64,000 nucleotides of DNA from Octopus vulgaris (Eukaryota). Location of the stretch: assembly GCA_951406725.2 (NCBI GenBank), contig OX597831.1, positions 71,424,001 through 71,488,000 on the forward strand, in the 5' to 3' direction. Below, in pieces: positions 37,341 to 48,700 of this stretch. The notes beneath the pieces were generated by a model. That model was given only the letters and a program-made list of their open reading frames with translations, was not told the origin of the DNA and did no database searches. A program made the translations under genes and the position numbers. The first letter of the stretch is position 1. Each line of letters starts with the position of its first letter.

Positions 37341-37382
37341 GCTGCATTGAAAAGGGGCAATACCCTGAAACGCGTCTGTAGC
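37341..37382 (+). ncRNA. Type I hammerhead, U3-A8 variant (inverted unit, host-sense strand)
   Basis: gctgcaTTGAAAAggggcaataccctGAAAcgcgTCtgtagc; predicted GUC cleavage after 37376. Confidence 0.78.
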
Positions 37383-37589
37383 TGCCGGTCAAGTAGTGTG
37401 GAGCGACTGACCTCCCTTGTTCGAAGGTTATATGGATACAGTTTGTGTATCAAATAGCTAACTTAAGGCGATGGCCTCATGGAGCTAATAAGCGGACAGC
37501 TTTTTTCTTATTTTTATAAGAATGCCATATTAGTATGGCGATAACTATTATTTATATATATATACACACACATATATGCATATATATAT

Positions 37590-37636
<47 letters not shown>

Positions 37637-37639
<3 letters not shown>

Positions 37640-39246
37640 TGGGGGGAAATAAATATTCGTACATGTCAAAATTCTTTATATATCTAATTTCTAATGAACA
37701 TAAATGTGATATACCAATACTATATTTGCATACACATGCATAAACTAAGAATATGCAAAAGAAACTAATAAATTATAGTTACTAAGGAATTTATATACAA
37801 TTATAAATATTTAGGGATGAAAAAAGTATTCGTACAGAACATAAATAACTGATAATTCTGATTTAATACTTCGTAGCATAACCATTATTCAGTTCCACTT
37901 CAACCAATCTCTTCTTGTAGTTCTTTATTAATGACTCACATGTTTCTTTAGGAATTTTTTCCCATTCTTCTTGACAAATTTTCTTCAAATCTGGAATGCA
38001 TGTTGGGGCTCTTGAATGAATTTTAATTTTCAAATAACGCCACAAATTTTCAATGCGGTTCAATTCAGGTGACTGGCTTGGTCATTCTGATAATTTTATA
38101 TTGTGATCGACAATCCATTTTTTGGTAGACTTTGCCGTGTTCTTAGGGTCGTTATCCTGTTGTAAAACCCACCCTTCACAAAGCTGGAGCTTTTCTACAG
38201 AGTCCCATAAATTATTGCTCAAAATATTTTGGTACATCTCTGCATTCATTCTACCATCTATCACATGTAAATTGCCTCTACCATTTGCAGAGAAACACCC
38301 CCACACCATCATGTTGCCACCTCCAAACTTCATGGTAGGAATTGTGTTTTTCGGCGAATAGGCAGTACCATCTTTTCTCTAAACATGGCTACGTGAATTT
38401 CTTCCAAACAATTCAATTTTCGACTCGTCTGTACATAGAACATTTTCCCAGAATGTATCAGGTTTATCTTTATGTTCATAAACAAATTTTAAACGGGCAT
38501 CTCTATGCCTTTTTGTCAACAGCGGAGTTTTTCTAGGAGAGTGTGACTTCAGTTCATTCCTATAAAGTTCATTGCTGATTGTTCATAGTGTAACACTAGT
38601 CCCTGAAGCTAACAAATCTTCTTGCAACTCCTTTCTGGTGATCATTGCGTTTTTTTCGATTCTTCACTTCATTTTTCTTAAAGATCTAGGGGAAATCTTG
38701 CATGGTGCACTGGATCATATTCTGTTTTCAACAGTTCCTGATTTTTTATATCTTTGAATAAATGAAGATATGGTAGAAAATGGAATACAAAGGGTCTCTG
38801 ATATTTTCCTGTAACTTTTACCTGCTTTCCACTGTTCAATAATTAAGTTTTTCACTGTATTTGTGGGTTCTTTAGTTTTCGCCATTATTACGATACTACT
38901 TTATGTTGTCTCAGTGCTGAATGAAGAAGCTAGCGTTTTGACACTTAAAAATGACAACTGATAAGATTATTGGAACAAACGAGAAAGTTCTAGTAAAAAA
39001 ATTATTTTAACAGTATTTTGTGGCTTAGAAAATCATAAATTTATTCTGTACGAATACTTTTTTCATCCCTAAATATTTATGATTGTATATAAATTCCTTA
39101 GTAACTATAATTTATTAGTTTCTTTTGCATATTCTTAGTTTATGCATCTGTATGCAAATATAGTATTGGTATATCCCATTTATGTTCATTAGAAATTAAA
39201 TAAATAAAGAATTTTGACGTGTACGAATATTTATTTCCCCACACTG
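37637..39246 (-). mobile_element. Tc1-family (IR/DR type) transposon with a disrupted transposase
   Basis: TA|CAGTG...CACTG|TA; ~200-bp TIRs with inner direct repeat tattcgtac. Transposase 38885-37863 reads MAKTKE..., KFGGGNMMVWGCF, QQDNDPK, LNRIENLW with stops and frameshifts. Confidence 0.93.
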
Positions 39247-39544
39247 TATATATATATTCTGAATTTGTGTGAATGTGTACAGAATAATATATCAGTTGAA
39301 TAAAGTTAAAACATGGTCTGGTTTTCACATTTTTTTTTAATGGCATTTTAACATTAACTTAGCGCTTTCATACATTTGGTAGTAATGAGTAGATTTCCTA
39401 ACATATTTAACTGACTGTTGAGTTCTTGATAACGGTAGTACTTCTGAGAATGCTCCAACAATCTGAATTTATGGAATACGGTTTTGACCAATCCACATGC
39501 AGCTTAAACATCACGCTTTACCAGGCGTACCGATATTCAGTAAT

Positions 39545-39949
39545 CTCTTTTACTCTTTTACTTGTTTCAGTCATTTGACTGCGGCCATGCTGGAGCACCG
39601 CCTTTAATTGAGCAACTCAACCCCGGGACTTATTCTTTTTGTAAGCCCAGTACTTATTCTATTGGTCTCTTTTGCCGAACCGCTAAGTAACGGGGACATA
39701 AACACACCAGCATCGGTTGTCAAGCAATACTAGGGGTACAAACACACACACGCATATATATATATATACATATATACACATATATACGACGGGCTTCTTT
39801 CAGTTTCCATCTACGAAATCCACTCACAAGGCTTTGGTCGGCCTGAGGCTATAGTAGAAGACACTTGCCCAAGGTGCCACGCAGTGGGACTGAACATGGA
39901 ACCATGTGGTTGGTAAACAAGCTACTTACCACACAGCCACTCCTACGCC
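39545..39949 (-). mobile_element. SINE family A nested in the Penelope-like element
   Basis: Full reverse copy. Confidence 0.88.
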
Positions 39950-40559
39950 TTTTTATAATCATATGTTAAAGGATATTTTTTAATCCACCTCATTAACTGA
40001 TTGTTATAGTATTGTTGTTATTTCCATTCAGAACAGGTTTGAACATTTTCATAAACCATTTTCCCTTTCTCTTTCTTCCAACCTGACTTGTGTCATGTAG
40101 TTTGTGGAAAGGAAAAATTAGAAACATTTTCTCACCACATGTTTCTATATGTTTGCTCAGTGGAATTTGGTGAACATTGTTGTCTGTGGACTCATGAGCA
40201 TTCCAGTAATGCATTTCCTGTCTCGCCTTTATTTAGTTCTTCGCAATTCGGGCATTTAATACAGTAGATCAAATTTGAGCTTTTGCAGTTCATATCTGCA
40301 TTTGTGAAAATCTGACCATTTTTTTTTCTAATGGATCTACTTGTATGTATGTATTGACACCATTCCACATCTGTTATCATTACACTTGGATACTGTGAAT
40401 GTCTTATCTTGTTTGTCCATGTTGAGTTTTGTCTTTGTTAATAGTTTCTTCAAGTTATGTGGTTGTCTTTTGCTTAAGATTAGTGTTTGATTAGCTATTA
40501 TGTTTTTTAATTTTTTACTTTGTTTTATGATTGGCAATTTTGTTTTAATACTTTGATAC

Positions 40560-40930
40560 TTTGATAGGTTTCAGCCATTATTGGCCCAGGCCATGTCTAA
40601 CTTAATAGCACCACCTGGTGAAGTCTTTCAAGTCAGAATTTGGGCACTATGGCCCACTCAAGTAGAGAGTTATTGTTTACAGAGACATATCCGGGTGTAG
40701 GGGGTTTATCCGGGATTTCTTGAAGGAATCTGTCCAAAGACTTCTTGAACCCTATAGGGTCTGTTTCTGTTTTAATGTGTTTTGGTGTAATGTTAAAGAG
40801 AGCGGGGCCAATTGAGGTGAAATAATTGTGCCGTATTGTTGTTATGAGATGAGAGTGAGAATTTTGTTGTGGGCGGATGGGACAGGGCCCAAGCCTTGGA
40901 TGTACCTTAAAGGTGATGCCAATGTTTTAA
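40560..40930 (-). mobile_element. LINE 3' fragment (CR1/L2 group) nested in the Penelope-like element
   Basis: Minus-strand translation GPALFNITPKHIKTETDPIGFKKSLDRFLQEIPDKP. Confidence 0.6.
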
Positions 40931-41662
40931 TGATGTTAAAAATCATTTGGTGATGTATATTGTGTGTTACTAGAAATGGTATTGTGTTTGGTTGATGGGT
41001 TTGCTTTCTCGTGTTGCCCTAAGTTGTTCTATAGGTATCCCATTTGCTCATTGTATGCTGTTTTCTATAAGTAAGAGAGGGCAATTGTGCTTGAACAGAA
41101 ATCTTTTGAGTTCTATAAGTCATGTGTTTCTGGTATTTGGATCATTTACTATGGTACAAATTTTCCTGGCTAGACAATACGGGATGACTCGTTTTGTGTG
41201 TGTTGGATGGCATGATTTGTAATTTAGATACTGGTGTGTGTCTGTGCTTTTGTAATAAATATCAGTTGTGATTGTGGTGTTGTTTTTAATTACCATTATG
41301 TCAAGAGATGGTAATTATGTGTTGCTCAATTCACTTGTAAATTTGAGACTAGGGTGTAGAGTGTTGAGAAGGGTGCTGAATTCTTCCAGATTTTCTAGGG
41401 GTTTGGCCCAAATTAGGAAACAATCATCGGGGTATCTTTTCCATGTGTCCTCTGTCTTTTAAAGGTCATGCTGTGGTTCTCTTCAATTTTGTTTTATAGG
41501 TTTTGTTGAAAAGGAATGTTTTGCTTATGAAGATGATTACCACCAAATGTATGAAAGTGCTAATTGGACTTTATGAACATTACAAAATATTTTTTTAATG
41601 TTAAAATACCATAATAAAAAAAAAACGTGAAAACCTGACCATGTTTTAATCGTATTCAACTG

Positions 41663-41730
<68 letters not shown>

Positions 41731-41779
41731 TTATATAAGGATGGATGAATGTATGTATAGTTTATAGTTCTATTATAGG

Positions 41780-42200
41780 TCTTCTTCTTCTTAATCCTTT
41801 TTGCCCCTTGTGGAGCATAGGGCCTCAACAATTGTTTTCCACTTTTGGCAGTCATTGGCGTGTTTCTTGGCTGCTTCCCATGTCAGGCCGGTGGTCCTGA
41901 GCTCGTCCAAAATGCTCCACTTCCATGTCTGCTTCGGGCATCCTTGCTTCCTTTTCTCTTGCGGGTTCCAGTCAAGTGCTTGTCGTGTCACATTTGGGGG
42001 TTCTTTCGGCAGTGTGTGTCCAATCCATCTCCATTTCCTTCATCTAATCTGAACATTTATGGGCTCCTGGTTGGCCCTTTCCCACAGGTTGGTGTTTGGC
42101 ACTCTGTCGAACCACTTCAGATGGAGGATCTGCCGGAGACATCTGTTGATGAAGGTCTGGATCGTCTTGTAGTTGCTGCAGGTGGCTCTCCATGTTTCAA
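41780..42200 (-). mobile_element. 3' end of a second RTE family with (AAG)n tail
   Basis: RKWRWIGHT...TRQALDWNPQEKRKQGCPKQTW. Confidence 0.8.
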
Positions 42201-42849
42201 AGCCATACAAAGCCATATAGGTGGGAGCAGCTAAATAAGTACTCTATCCAATGAGAGATAAATATCATTTGATATATAGAATTTGCAAAAGAGCTACTTA
42301 TAGTTTCACGCTTTAGAGATACAATAAATTGACAGATTTATATAACATGCCATGTATCTCAAAGCAATCATTCTGGTTCAGTGCATATCACTAGATGTAC
42401 TTAAAAGCCAGGATGCTGGTCTTTGATAAAACATGAGAGAAAATGAGAAGTGAAAGAATGGGACGAAGGCCGATGCAAAAGGTAGAATGAGTGAGAAACT
42501 GAGTTTCTTCTGTGAAACTGGATGATGCCAGCTGCTTTGGATTGAGGTGCTATCTCACAGGCTTTGGCCTCCTCTTTGTTATACTATTTGACACCAGCTG
42601 GATTAGTTATGATTTCTACAAACAAAGAGGATGAAGATTTTGGTTTTCTTACCTTCCTTTTCTTTCTTCTCATTTTTTTTTTTTCATGTTTTCTCATAGA
42701 CCAGCATATTTGTTTTTAAATACATCTAACGATATGCAATGAACATGAAAGATTGCTCTCCAAGTTATATAAGTCTGCCAATTTATTGCATCTCTAAAAC
42801 ATGAAACTATTGGTAGCTCTTTTGTAAATTGTCTATGTATATATATATA

Positions 42850-43070
42850 TATTTCTTTACTACCCACAAGGGGCTAAACATAGAGAGGACAGACAAACGG
42901 GTTGAGTCGATTACATCGACCCCAGTACATAACTGGTACTTAATTTATCGACCCTGAAAGGATGAAAGGTAAAGTCGACCTCGGCGGAATTTGAACCCAG
43001 AAGGTAACGGCAGGTGAAATACAGCTACGCATTTTGCCCGGCGCGCTAACGTTTCTGCCAGCACGCCACC
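42850..43070 (-). mobile_element. SINE family B (Meta-like)
   Basis: Reverse copy. Confidence 0.83.
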
Positions 43071-44754
43071 CTATTGTCTATATATATATAAACACACATA
43101 TGCACACACACACACATACATAGTTTTACAAGTGTGTGTGTGTGTGTTATGTGTGTTTTTCTTTTTTCTTTCTTTCATTTTGTCTTTTGCTGATAAAATG
43201 AAGAAACTGGTACTTTTCAAAAGTTGCCACTTGTATATTTGTTCTGGCTCCAATTCTCCAACACATTTTTATCACTCCCACCATCAGATATACTAGAAAA
43301 CTGAAACCAACAACACTTGATCATTAATATAATATATATAAATCACAGTATGTGTGTGTATAATGACTAATGCATACATTTCCACAATTCTCAACCAATT
43401 TTCACCAAACTTTACACACGTATTCCTTATATCCCAAGGATGCTCATGCACTAAACATTTTGCCCAGAGCTCTTGTATAAATGAACCCAAATGGACATAG
43501 TTTTTTTGTATGTAGGGTCTTCCATATGCAGGGTCTTCAAAGGACAGTTGCATTTGCTTGGAACAATATAAATTATATAAGTAAATTAATACATCTATAT
43601 CATCTCAATTCGCCTAAATATTAGATGGTACCAAATTTCCTGAGAATTTTTACTATGATGGACTAATGTTTACCATGACAAAACCTAATGCTTTTAAACA
43701 GGATCTAAATCTAAGAACAGGTTCTTAAGATATATTCTGGGAATTCTGAAGATATTTGTATCTACATTAGTTTATAGTGTTTATGAAACTTTTATCCACT
43801 CAAAATCCGAATATCTTTTTATTGCTGAGATTGGGCTTTATCATAAATACCAAAATAAAATAAAAATGAAAGTAAAAAAATGGCACCAGAATCTAAGAAC
43901 ATTATGGTTGTTGGTTGCATCAGCAAAAATTAGTTCAATAATGTTTGAGAAATGAAATGTTTTTCCACCTTAAGAAAATAATCCCAACATTTCTGGTAGT
44001 CCTACCCTAGTTTACTCAAAGGGGACTGTACTTGAAATATGCCAGAATATTTTTGATCTCCTGAGACAATCTAATTCCATTTTGTGAACTTCGTGTAAAT
44101 TCTCTTTCAGTACAACTTCACGCAGGGCATATTTCCAGATAAGGAGCAGAAAAATGGGTGAGAATGAAGAGTGTATTTGGGAAATAACTTTGCAACGGAT
44201 GAAACCCTTTCATTACTGAATTTATTTTGTGATGCTCTGTGTTTCTTTCAATTATTTAAAATATAACAAAGAATTTAGTTAAATAACTTAAATTATCATT
44301 CAGCTAGTGTTATGAACATAAATTGCGAATAAGGTTTGGTGAAAGATTTTAATTAAAAACTTATGGAAACAAGACATGTATATTAAAGAGCCAGAGCCGG
44401 TTTCAGCCGGGTTGGTAACGAAAGGGTTAATGATACATGTATGGTGGAGAAAGAGAGGGAGATTGGCAGAGATATGCATTTGTTGCAAAGAAGTTTAGTA
44501 TAGAATGGGCACACATATGCACATGCACAGAGAGAGAGTGCATTCAGATAATGAGCAGTGAGGACTGAGACAGTTTGTGGACTCTGGTTTGAAGCTGTAG
44601 TACTGCAGTGAGTTCTATAGTACCTCAGAAAGATTTGAACACTGTACTGCAAGTTAAGAAAACAATTATCTGTTTTTGAAGTGCTTTCTTTAGTTACTGA
44701 AGTAAGATGGTCCTACCCTTTGTACCATTTTGAACTGGGTTTTTTCCCCCCAGG

Positions 44755-44789
<35 letters not shown>

Positions 44790-45370
44790 CTTTCTTTTTA
44801 TTGACAACAAGGGCTAATATAAATCAAAAACATTAAAGGACGACACAAGATGATAAACAAAGGGTTTTACAAAAAATAAGTCCGTGTAAACATTTCATAA
44901 TGAAGATAACAATATAACAAGTAAAAACTGCCAATAGGTTATAGGTGCTTTGAAGGTCACTCGGGGAAAACCCATAGAAGCCACATGTGTCTGGTCAACA
45001 GGGCGAGAGTCCTTTCTCCCTTTTATACCTTTTTTTACAGATGTAATCTCAGAATTGGCCTCACCTTCTTTTCAAAAGGAACTTGAAAAAGTTGATGAGG
45101 CCTTGGTCAGAGAGGAAAGTGTCTGACTTTAGCCCTTTCAAACGGGTCCACTTCTTTTGCTACAGCCACCAGACAAATGAAAATTGCCTTCACCTCCAGG
45201 TTAAAGGAAGCCTGGATGGTCTGCTCTACGAGTTTTACGTTTCAATGCCAGACTCGTTTGTGGGCCGCTTGGCAGACATCTACTGCAGCTGGCAACAAAA
45301 CGGGAGAATTCCTACTTTTGTTTGTCGAGTGGTGGTGGCACTGCTGAGAAAGGACCTAAACTAGGGGGAC
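44790..45370. mobile_element. Tx1/L1-like LINE remnant, apparently with a 5' inversion, inside (TAA)n
   Basis: + strand reads GSLDGLLYEFY...VVALLRKD (RT N-terminal region); an opposite-strand T-rich 3' end abuts (TAA)n. Confidence 0.45.
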
Positions 45371-45464
45371 GTCATAGAAAACTTCAATAATAATAATGAT
45401 AATAATGATGATGATGATGATGATGATGATGGTGATGGTGGTGGTGGTGGTGGTGGTGGTGTTA

Positions 45465-45608
45465 ACAGTAATAGGCACTGCAAACATGCTACATAAAACA
45501 CTTACGTACAGTGAAAATAAGAACATGACAGAAAACCACAGCACGTACCCAAGGCACACAGAGCTGCACTCAATAGTGCAGTGAACGCACGTGATAAAGA
45601 TAAGACTA

Positions 45609-45612
<4 letters not shown>
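45465..45612 (+). mobile_element. R4/Dong-type 3' end fragment
   Basis: GTANMLHKTL and a UTR similar to 4480-4625; (TAA)n tail. Confidence 0.65.
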
Positions 45613-45660
<48 letters not shown>

Positions 45661-46024
45661 GTCATTTCAATGTCATTTGCAGTTTCCCGACCCAACCCTT
45701 CTTGTAAAAAAAAAATGGTAGTACAGGTAACAACAGTAACTGTGAATTCACACCCAGAAATATTGGTGCTTACTATTGTTGTTCTTAGTGTTGTGAACAT
45801 TACAGGGAAAACATTTTCGTGTATGGTTAGTGATTAAAGTTACTTTGCTACATACTTCAGAAGTCTGTGATCATCACAACTTCTCTTTTTTTCTTCGTTA
45901 CTGGTAATTAGCAGTCATGTTGGACTATTTGCACAGTGTTTTCTTCATTTTCTTCATTTTCTTAATTTTCCCCTTTGATTCTTTTTCTTTATTTTACTAT
46001 ATTTGCATTTTTCTTTTGTAACAG

Positions 46025-46110
46025 AACAGTCAGGTTACAAGTGAACAACTATGAGAGCATTACAACAACATGGAATGTCATTGGATATATTAAAGGGGAA
46101 TTGGAACCAG
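46025..46110 (+). CDS. NAALAD2/FOLH1-like: Internal exon B of the GCPII/NAALADase family gene
   Basis: Long polypyrimidine tract with taacag| acceptor and |gtaaga donor; 86 nt. Reads TVRLQVNNYESITTTWNVIGYIKGELEP, similar to GCPII [28 protein letters not shown]. Confidence 0.93.
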
Positions 46111-46230
46111 GTAAGAGCAACCCTTACATAATACGCATAGCGAACTGTTTTTTGTGGATTGGTGTCCCCTGGCTAAATAACAGGACAAATGAATGCAGCT
46201 GTTCCAGAGATTTATCTCAATATTTTGTTG

Positions 46231-46351
46231 AAATTTACAAATTTACAAATTTTACAAATTTACAAATTTTACAAATTTACAAATTTTACAAATTTACAAA
46301 TTAACAAATTTACAAATTAACAAATTTACAAATTTTACAAATTTACAAATT
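46231..46351. repeat. 8-9-bp minisatellite (AAATTTAC / AAATTTTAC / AAATTAAC)
   Basis: About 14 tandem variant units, 120 bp downstream of exon B. Confidence 0.85.
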
Positions 46352-46485
46352 AAGCCAACATAAACTAGTGTAGTGTAACAAATACTTAAGAGAAATGCAT
46401 TTGTGTTGTGGTTTACATATGTAGAAACATTGAAGCACCCATCACAGATTTGTGTTGGAAAGTTAAGATATTTTCATATTTGTAT

Positions 46486-46887
46486 ACTCTTTACTCTTTT
46501 ATTTGTTTCAGTCATTTGACTGCGGCCATGCTGGGGCACCGCCTTTAGTCGAGCAAATCGACCCTAGGATTTATTCTTTGTAAGCCTAGTACTTATTCTA
46601 TCGGTCTCATATTCCGGACCGCTAAGTTACGGGGACGTAAACACACCAGCATCGGTTGTCAAGCAATGCTAGGGGGACAAACACAGACATACACACACAC
46701 ACACATATACATATATATATATACGACGGGCTTCTTTCAGTTTCCGTCTACCAAATCCACTCACAAGGCTTTGGTCAGCCCGAGGCTATAGTAGAAGACA
46801 CTTGCCCAAGATGCCACGCAGTGGGACTGAACCTGGAACCATGTGGTTGGTTAGTAAGCTACTTACCACACAGCCACTCCTGCGCCT
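46486..46887 (-). mobile_element. SINE family A
   Basis: Full reverse copy. Confidence 0.88.
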
Positions 46888-46902
46888 ATGTATGTGCTTA
46901 AT

Positions 46903-46940
<38 letters not shown>

Positions 46941-47816
46941 GGGAGTAACCACTTAATAAAATCTGTGTCTTGGATATCTATCCTAAGTGATTGGTTCAGC
47001 AATTATTATTTGCATCTATATAAATATCTTATGGAAGAATGGTAACTATATGGGCATAGCTGTGTGGTAAGAAGGTTGCTTCCCAACCAAATGGTGTCAC
47101 TGTGTGACATTTTGGGCAAATAAAACTCCAGGCTGAAAAAAGTCTTTTGAGTAGATTTGGTTAATGGAAACTGAAAGAAGCCTGTTGTGTGTGTGTGCAC
47201 GCGCACACGCGTGTGTGTGTGTATATATCTAATATAATAAATGCGAAAACTAATTTCTGTGTGTCAGTGTGTCACACTCTGACTTCCCATCACTATTCAG
47301 TGACACTCCTACTATTGCTCATGTTGGGGTGAGAGTAATAGTAGGCATAGAGATGGTGGCAAAGACAGAGAGAGAGAGAGAGAAATTTAAGGAGAGTTGA
47401 TATTTTTATTAAAAGTAGTAGTGTTGATAGTGGCAGTGGGAGTAATAATAGGAGAGAGAGAGAGAGAAAAAGAGGAGCTGACCACTGAACTAAGATGCTG
47501 AACAAATACACACATTTAGCCTTTTTGCAATGGTAATGGGGCGATAGTAATAGTATGAGCTGCAATTGCGATATAGGCAGAGGCAGCGGTGATGGTGGTG
47601 GTAGCCAAGGTGGTTAGTGATGAGAGTAAGCAATGTAAAAGACAGTGGTGATGGTGGTGGAGGGGAAGGTGGCGAAGTCAGTGCAAAACATGGTGGAAAA
47701 AATAGTACTCAAATACCAAAGGTAGAGTAATATGATGTTACTACAGCAGCAAAATTATCACAGAACTGTTATTCAGTTTCACATTCCCATTCGTCAGACA
47801 ACTGTGATGAAAGCAC

Positions 47817-47909
<93 letters not shown>

Positions 47910-47917
47910 CACATAGT

Positions 47918-48226
47918 GGAGGCGCAATGGCCTAGTGGTTAGGGCAGCGGACTCGCGGTCGTAGGATCGCGGTTTCGATTCCCAGACCGGGCGTTGTGAG
48001 TGTTTGTTTATTGAGCGAAAACACCTAAAAAGCTCCACGAGGCTCCAGCAGGGGGTGGTGATCCCTGCTGTACACTTTCACCACACTTTCTCCCACTCTT
48101 TCTTCTGTTGGCCTGCTCGCTTAGCCAGCGGGGTGGCATCATTCGAAGGCTAAAACAATGCAAACGCATTGTGACCAGCGATGTGTAACAACATCTGATG
48201 GTCTGGTCGGTCACGTGATCACGTGA
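47918..48226 (+). mobile_element. SINE family D (tRNA-Arg-like head, TCACGTGA tail)
   Basis: TGGCCTAGTGG A box and GTTTCGATTCC B box; head fragment on the - strand at ~31945-32010. Confidence 0.78.
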
Positions 48227-48249
48227 TATATATATATATATATATATAT

Positions 48250-48700
48250 GTATACACACACACACATACACATACATATATATGTATATGTGTGTGTTTG
48301 GCCTAACCACCCATCCCCCACTTGACAACTAGTGTTGGTTTGTTTACATCTATGTAACTTAGAGGTTTGGCAAGACACAAAATTAAATATGCACTAGACT
48401 TAAAAATATGTGTATGTTTGTGTGTCTGTGTTTGTCCCCCTAGCATTGCTTCACAAGCGATGCTGGTGTGTTTATGTCCCCGTCACTTAGCGGTTCAGCA
48501 AAAGAGACCGATAGAATAAGTACTGGGCTTACAAAGAATAAGTCCCGGGGTCGATTTGCTCGATTAAAGGCGGTGCTCCAGCATGGCCGCAGTCAAATGA
48601 CTGAAACAAGTAAAAGAGTAAGAGTATTAGGGTTGACTTCTTTAATAAATCCTTCAGGACAGAGCTCCAGCATGACCACAATCCAATGACAAACTAGTAA
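48250..48700 (+). mobile_element. Nested 3' halves of family A SINEs
   Basis: Young 3' half at 48410-48625 inside an older diverged copy. Confidence 0.7.

Larger units (their letters stand above)
36001..37553. repeat. Retrozyme-like tandem array: 3.4 units of 361-362 bp plus one inverted, permuted unit, inside (TA)n
   Basis: Units start at 36001, 36362, 36724 and 37086 (partial, to 37225); inverted copy 37223-37553; units differ only by a few 1-2 nt indels. Confidence 0.92.
39287..41668 (-). mobile_element. Decayed 5'-truncated Penelope-like element (RT C-terminus plus GIY-YIG) with inverted pseudo-LTRs
   Basis: WKRYPDDCFLIW (41408-41443), YKSTDTHQYLNYKSCHP, KRQPHNLKKLL, Cys linker CNDNRCG, NCKSSNLIYCIKCPNC..GETG. 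Inverted terminal segments ~39287-39388 / ~41534-41668 carry GAAAG(C/T)GCTA. Confidence 0.85.

Noticed and set aside
45975-46304. 109-aa single-exon ORF
   Set aside because: Only 46025-46110 is coding; the rest is polypyrimidine tract, intron and minisatellite.
47918-47995. tRNA genes (also at 23749 and in SINE A/B heads)
   Set aside because: A and B boxes are present but there is no complete cloverleaf, and each continues into a SINE body found in several copies.
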